Below the pieces are notes generated by a model. That model saw only the letters and a list, made by a program, of their open reading frames with translations, made no database searches and had not been told where the DNA came from. Both the position numbers and the translations under genes were made by a program. A stretch of 64,000 nucleotides of DNA from Balanoglossus misakiensis (Eukaryota; Animalia; Hemichordata), in the NCBI GenBank assembly GCA_040954595.2, contig CM082591.2:4201957-4265956 (forward strand), written 5' to 3'. Of the stretch, positions 52,056-64,000 are shown piece by piece. Position 1 is the stretch's first letter. The number at the start of each line of letters is the position of its first letter.

Positions 52056-55000
52056 GACACAAAGCTAGAATACTAACGTACAGTATACCTTTCTATTTTT
52101 TTCAATCCTTACCTCAAAACGCAGGAAAATTCAGCTGATCGACCACAGACCCAGAGTCACAACCACCCGATTCCAAATCCAAGCTTGTGGGAAGATACAA
52201 CTAACCCAATCACGTGACCGCCATATCAGATTACGATTGGATAACAATAGAGTAATTGACATAAAGTATTTTCTCGGCTCCTTGCAAATTCTTCAACAAT
52301 GTTGAATGGAATCCGACAAAAAGTTGTCGAAGTAACCGCGAAAATGTCGCATGGTTGTTCTACAACGCGTGGCATGTTCATAATATACTGTTTCAACAAT
52401 TTCACGGATAAAATCACGAATATTTTAAGATTCAGAATGTTTTCTTTTAATTTACTTCTATATCACATTATTGTTTTACTACATGTAGTAGTTTTCGTTC
52501 AAAACAGCATACAGCGATTACATTATTTATTCCGAGTTTCTATTGCTCTCAGAATTTTAACTGACAATCAAGGTCTCTCGTGGAGATGCAACCTGAAGTG
52601 GTTTGGGGTTTTCGTTCACGTGGTGGCGCACTTCGAGAAAAAACAACGGTAGTGGTGTGGTGGTAGTACATGTACAACAGAGGATGTTATAACCCGAGTT
52701 CAGAGCCAAATTTTATCCTGGTATAAGGTCATCGTGACCTCGAAGAAGATATCTTGCTTGCAATTGATGGCATTGATATGGTCACACTATGAACAATATA
52801 TATGTAGCGTCGAGGTTTTGGCTCATATAGGAAGTCGAAGTGAATACCATACAGTTTTAAAATCTTAAGCTGAACAACCAACCGTTCGGCCGACAAATTA
52901 ATCAACCAACAGACCAATCAACCAAACAAACGAATGGAACAGTCTCATCGTATCTTAGATATTATAGTTTAAAATTTAAAAATATATATTTATATACACG
53001 ACAAATCCCGAAGAAATTGTATTACTAGCGAACCAGGTAGCAGAAATTTAATATCCGGTAACTTCACCGAATCAAAGCAATTCGGATCAAATACACCGGT
53101 AGCCGTAATTGTGAACTGCTGGTTGTCGTGATAATATAGAACCAACAGTTCCCATTTCACACTTCACATGGTTCGTTGAATAGTCCTCGTCGCTGACGGA
53201 AACACGTTTCGGTAGATTGGAGCGAAAGGGTAAATTATCGATTGTTCGACATCAGCAGCTAACATGAATTGTGTATGTAAGTACAGAATTAGTTTTGATA
53301 GAACGGCGATTTGGGTTGTTTGTGTGTGGATGTAACGGTCAGCTGTGCACACCGGCGCCGGAGTCTTGTTTCAGATTAGCAATCGCTCTATCTGGTTCTT
53401 TTATGATTGGCGGAATTGAAAAACTAAAGGTATATCAAAGAAATCTTTGTAGTTTGTATTGGATCACGTGTATAGAATTACCCCTCTAGGGTCACTGGTT
53501 GTATGATGCCAAAACATAGAGCATATGTTGAGAAATAGGGAAAATTGAGATGGGAAAGAAAGAAAGAAAGAAATGTAAAATATAAAGTTTGAAAGATAAG
53601 CAGAAAGTGAGATAGTTTTGCTGCTGTCTCCGAAAACTAGTTTTTCAACCAACGAAAATCAATTGTCGTCCGCCAGGAACGACCGACAATATGACCAAAC
53701 GACCCAAAGAAATGCTTGAAGTGGTAAATCTGATGTCCATCTTACTTTCGCAGATGGAATAGTTTGAAGTGAAGCACATTTTGCCTAGTAAGGTCTTTTC
53801 GGGAGTGTGACTCACGTTAAAGGTATGCCACGCAAAGATCTGACAAGGCAGCGTGATCTAACTATAGACCTGGACCTATGAATAGCTTATGGGCAAGAAT
53901 AACTTGGTGGGGGTGGCGAAATAATTGTCATAAGCTTACGGGGGAGGGGGTTAAAGTGTGACACTGATACTAATATGGCTGCAATGGCCGCATTTTATCC
54001 TGGATCAACACCCCTCTCCACCAAATGACACGACCCTCTTTAAAGGCACACGTCACCACACTAGTCAAAACATAAACTATTCAAAATATCCCCACATGAG
54101 TTCAGATTAAAACCCGCTCCATCGCTGATCATGGTGATAAGTACGTTAATAAAACGCCTTGGTCCAGCTGCTTGCAGTCCTCCAAGGATGTCTGTATATA
54201 CGTTGACCTGAAACTTCATACGAGATTTCCATTTCATGGTCACATAGCTGTCATCCGATATACAAGTGGGGTGCAAGGGGTTATTTTCGGACACAAAAAT
54301 TAACAGACGTGTCGGATACTAACCTATACAAACCGTGCGTATACCAGAAGGCAACTTCAAGAACAGTGAAGGCAAAAAAAATCTAAAAATTCTGTCGTGC
54401 GAGTCGCCATACGTTAGCTCTGATGTACGACTCAGCTGCGTGTTTGTGGCTTTTATATTCCAAAACAGATGTTGGTATAGTTAACATACAAATTACAAAA
54501 GGGCCTACAAAATGAGGTATGCTAATTTGCAGTCTTACACTATTTAATGCGAAAAGTTCCTCAGTTGAAAATTTTGCTGACTTGCACATTTCGGGGCATC
54601 TCTTATTGCTGGACAGAGAGACCTTAGAAGTTAGGTTAATAATGACGTCATTGGGACAATTTTGCCGTCTAAAAGGGTAATGAAAGTGTTTTGACATTCT
54701 CAGACAAATTCTACAGCATCAGTAAATCACGGCTACCGTACAGCTGTTCGCTGAAGTGGTTCACCCCCATTAAAAACTAAATTCCCTTGTGGTGCAAACC
54801 ATCTCACTCATTACGCAGGCTACTGTGGCACATTCCACTTGGAAATAGGGGAAGTTCGAGGAAAACTGTTGCGAGCACAAAAAGGGCATTCCCCCTTCTC
54901 TCTCACCCGCGGCTAATAAATATACTGAGACAGCTTGGATCGCTGGATATGATATGCAAAGTCTCAAGGCTGGGTCGACACCCTTGGCTAGAAGCTAAAG

Positions 55001-57418
55001 TGGTCTCAGTCCATTGATAAATCTCCTAGTGAACCAGTTTAACATTCTGGTATGTAGTTAATGGAGGGACATTATGTAACGGTTATGTATAGCAGAAGGG
55101 AAGAGGTGCGGACAGAAACATGAGAAATACAACTACGAATTTGTAAAAAAAAACTTCCCATCTTCCAGAAGACGTTTCATACAAATAACAAAAACTAAAA
55201 CACTGCAATTCTGCCAGAAATTGTATGTAGATATAACGGAATTTCCAAGTACTACACTTGGGAAGAATTGAATGAACCAACAAGCTACGAAGTCGTGAGG
55301 TCAAGAAAGTTAATTCTCCCGAGCACCACAGCTATGCAGCGTTTCCATGTTTTATTTCGTGTACATGTAACAGACTCCATCTTGGGAGGAAAAGCGGAAT
55401 GCTTGCACAAGCTATAAAAATATACACTCTATATATACAGTTTTCATTCAATGCGAAACGTTGTTGCTTTTTCTTGGAGCTGTATGTCTTCAGTGTTATA
55501 ATATATTAGAAACTGCTGGAATTCTGGACAATAAAACGCCTAATTTCAGTAATTTGAAAATGAACGACAAATAACGATTAGTAGAAAGCCAATTTCTCAT
55601 TTATGTATTTTTGGTGGTGTTTTTTTTAGCCAGAAAAATTCCACAAGCCGACCAAAAATATTTCCCAGTCCTTGCCCGACTCATTTGGATACCGCTGGTA
55701 TGCCTGACAGACAGTCGTAAATATTTCAATGGAGGTGGCGAAAACGTCACAACAATTGTAAATCTCCAACTGAAGACGAAATTACCTTTGTGGGCGTAGT
55801 TTGTGGTGGTCTAATTGTGCCTTGGGGTGCAGTCGGGTGTAAATTACTACTGGACTGCTGAATTGGCAAATGACAAGGCTGGCTAATCAGAGTGAATTGG
55901 ACTCTGTAAAGAAGCGCTGGGACGAGCTGTCAAGCTCAAAGCTTTAAATTTCATAGTACCATAGCTTGAGTTAGGGGTGGACGGCGAAATGATCACCCAA
56001 CAACCTCCAACACCAGGCTAAACCACGCGCTACCGTACTGCAGCTAATTTATTGACCAACAAAAATCGTTTTCCCTTTTATGGGATACATGTATTTCAAT
56101 TCTCTCATGAATGTTTCGCTTCTATGTAAAGTAACAAGCCAGTTTGGTTACCTATTTCGTGCCCACTGATTATTTTGGTTTACCAGTATTTTCCAGGAAA
56201 TGTACGTACTCCCACAACCGAGCCAAATCCAGATTACCTGAGCTGGAAGCCGATCATTGTGACCTTGAATGGAATCAATTCTGACAAGCAAATATCACTC
56301 AGTAGATAATAGCTGTCCATTCGGTGTTGAGATTGCGTCCTATTGCAAAACGATTGGATATCTTTGATGTGTACCTAATCCAAATATCTATAAGTGATTT
56401 GATAGTTGTGCGCTGGGGTACATCTTGTGGCAAAGTTACTATGTGGGCCTATGTGTTGCTTGTGGCAGCTGGTCTCTCCAGAACACTACCAGCTGATATA
56501 ATCAGGCTTTAATTCGTACATTGCAATTTTCCTGTAAGAATTAAAGCAAGCCATTGCAAGGAGTGAAGTCTGATCTCAGCTGTTGTGGCGGTGAAAGATT
56601 TGCGACATCCACACATCTGCGGCCAACCACCAAAATGTTCAAACATCACTCATCTTCCCCAGTCTCTGTACCGGCACAAAACGCCAGCAGACAACAGATG
56701 CGTTTTCCGTCCCTTCCTGCCTTCGGTCAAACATTTCTGGAATAACTGCTGTCGGAGGGACAGAAGCCACTCCTAAATAGAGACATCAGATGTAGTGTGA
56801 CCTTCTCGCATTTTTAATCGCGCCTTGGAATTTGTGGAATCTCTGGCATGTTTGGTGATGACTCCACAGGCAAATATGCTTGATAAGACGGATTACATAA
56901 ACTTGCTTAACTCAAGAACCCCCCAAGAAGCAGCCCAAACAGGGTCAGAGAGAAATGCCTAACTTGCAAGCTGAGCTGGCCCTGTCAGCTTTTATCTTGC
57001 CTAACTGATCCACATTTTGTACCAGTACATATACACATATGCATGTATGCGCAAGTTACGTCCTACACAGCCAAGTTTTGTCTTATAAAAAAAAAAAATT
57101 TATTCATTCAGATCACACTACCAGTGAAAATACAGACCCATCATTGGAAATCATTCTACGACACCTTAACTTACAGGAAATACCTTCTTGTTCAAGGCTT
57201 CACAGGTATGCACACTTTCCACCACACTAAGGAGTCTTTATGCAAATAGTCATTATGCAAAGCAGTCATCATCTCTTTTCAGGTCCCACACTCTTGCAAC
57301 CATCTGTAGTATGTACAGTCTCAATGTTCTGTTTCAATTCAAAACAAAATCTCAACCAATCTCTGTTTATATTTTGCAGTATAAAAGACACCACCAGCAG
57401 TCGGGATGGGTGTGGCTG

Positions 57419-62511
<5,093 letters not shown>

Positions 62512-62519
<8 letters not shown>

Positions 62520-62782
62520 TTTGGAATGCAGGGGTTGATGGGAAGTTAGAAATAATATCAATCCGCGGTAAAGCGCACTGTTGTGTGACCAGGCTGGTAT
62601 ATTCAAGCGCGAATAAATGTAGTGCAAAATCCAGCATAATGTAGACGTCTTATAAAGCATAGTAATTTTCAATGGCGATAGCTTACTAAATAATACGCAC
62701 TGCACGTATTGAAACAGACCACGCGCAAGTTAAATAATGTAAACTGGCCAGCTAGCCGATGTAGAAGAATACGCATGCGCAC
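62512..62782 (-). promoter_or_regulatory. RUVBL2 housekeeping-type promoter elements
   Basis: YY1-like CAAAATGGCGGC overlaps the start codon (62512-62523); NRF1-like ACGCATGCGCAC at 62771-62782. Confidence 0.5.
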
Positions 62783-64000
62783 TAAACTTGAAATCCAGGA
62801 ACTTTCTGAAATTTCATTTCACAGATGTTTTTGAGAGACTTGAACGATCATTTCTGACTAGCCTTTTCAAATGAAAGTAGCTTACATTCCTGCTAACATC
62901 TCTAACGCACTGTTTAAAAACTTGTTGACCCTTTAGGCTATTTATCGGAAATACTCCCACTGTCGCGACGAGAGTATTTTCATTGACAGTAGATTCCTTG
63001 ATATACTTCAAATATACAGTGCGGCAAGCATTATGCTGCGTAAGCCGTTCTCTGTTCTTGTTCTATATCTTACAGCTATGCCCGCCCCACTTTCCAAGCT
63101 CTCCCTACCCCAGTTCTTACTCTTTCTTCCCATGTCACGCGACAGAGTCATGAGAAGAGCCAGGACAGCAAAATAACAAATGAAATCACCCCTTGGGCGA
63201 TCCATATATACTTTTCATACCGAACCTTTCATTCTCGTTTCGTAAATAACGTCGAAATCTGTCCCACTCAGTTCTGGGGCAACAATATATAAAGAAAGTG
63301 CACTGCTTTTTGGGGGCATAACCGCGCGACCCGACCTATAATCCACCGTGGCAGTTTCTCGTCAACAACATTTCAATTCTCATAACTCATGAAAAATGTC
63401 AAAACTGAAATATCAAAATTTCAATGAAATTCCTGAAACCTGAAAGTTTTATTTCATTGCCATCACGATTTTTGAAGAATTATATTCCATGGATGGCCTT
63501 GACTTCACAGCAACAACCCAATATATTTATTGAACATTGATCAGATTTCGATGTTTTGGCTACAGTTGCAAAACACCCGGGCCAAACTGTCAACCAAACT
63601 GACCAGATTGTTTGGAAGTGAAACGGTGCGCGTCTGTCACTGTCAGCAACGTTGACGACAAATAACGGATATCCTTATAGAAAATGGTAAGCGGAGACGA
63701 CAAACTTTCTTCGCAATATTGAAAATGACACCACTAAGCTTCAAAGCAGCTGATTATTATGGAATTATGTGATGGATTTGAATTTTCTCCTAACAAATTG
63801 CGCCCGGGGCATTCTTGTTAAGAAGACTATAGAAATCTCAGCTGGGGGAAATGTGACGTCAATTCAGCGCCGTCAGTTGATTGACTACGTCTTTCTTCAT
63901 AACTGTCCGCGCCAATTGAGGAAAAAAATTCAAATCTAATCCGGAATAATTGAAATGCCGCAGTACACTCGTGGCCAAAATGTACCCCGAACTGAGTTGA

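Noticed and set aside
54061-54294. 77-aa ORF ending ISDGAGFNLNSCGDIL, faintly like the end of Penelope GIY-YIG domains
   Set aside because: No GIY/YIG or reverse transcriptase motifs nearby; similarity too weak to support.
42400-57000. Hidden protein-coding gene between TnI and RUVBL2
   Set aside because: The short ORFs show no recognisable domains and I could not chain splice sites into a reading frame. A non-coding or highly divergent gene cannot be excluded.

Overview
AT-rich, intron-containing animal DNA, most likely from an invertebrate bilaterian; the species cannot be determined from the sequence. Splicing GT-AG exons by hand gives four protein-coding genes. Three form a troponin cluster: troponin T-like gene A (+, CDS 6442-~12895), troponin T-like gene B (+, 18254-23571) and a convergent troponin I-like gene with a ~217-aa N-terminal extension (-, 39305-26587). 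The fourth is RUVBL2/reptin (-, 62519-57419, 13 exons, 464 aa). A tRNA-Ile(AAT) lies antisense in a TnT-B intron. Main observations: (1) TnT-A and TnI share an almost identical 68-nt first coding exon, similar EAP repeats and matching intron positions in the IT arm; (2) TnT-A has tandemly duplicated mini-exons, each followed by a repeated intronic motif block; (3) an unexplained ~400-nt run of eight hairpins at 51.66-52.06 kb sits next to a promoter-like segment and is a candidate structured ncRNA. The window also holds a TTAA-flanked MITE family, a DINE/Helentron-like insertion and recent tandem duplications. All gene models come from manual reading with no expression or homology-search support.
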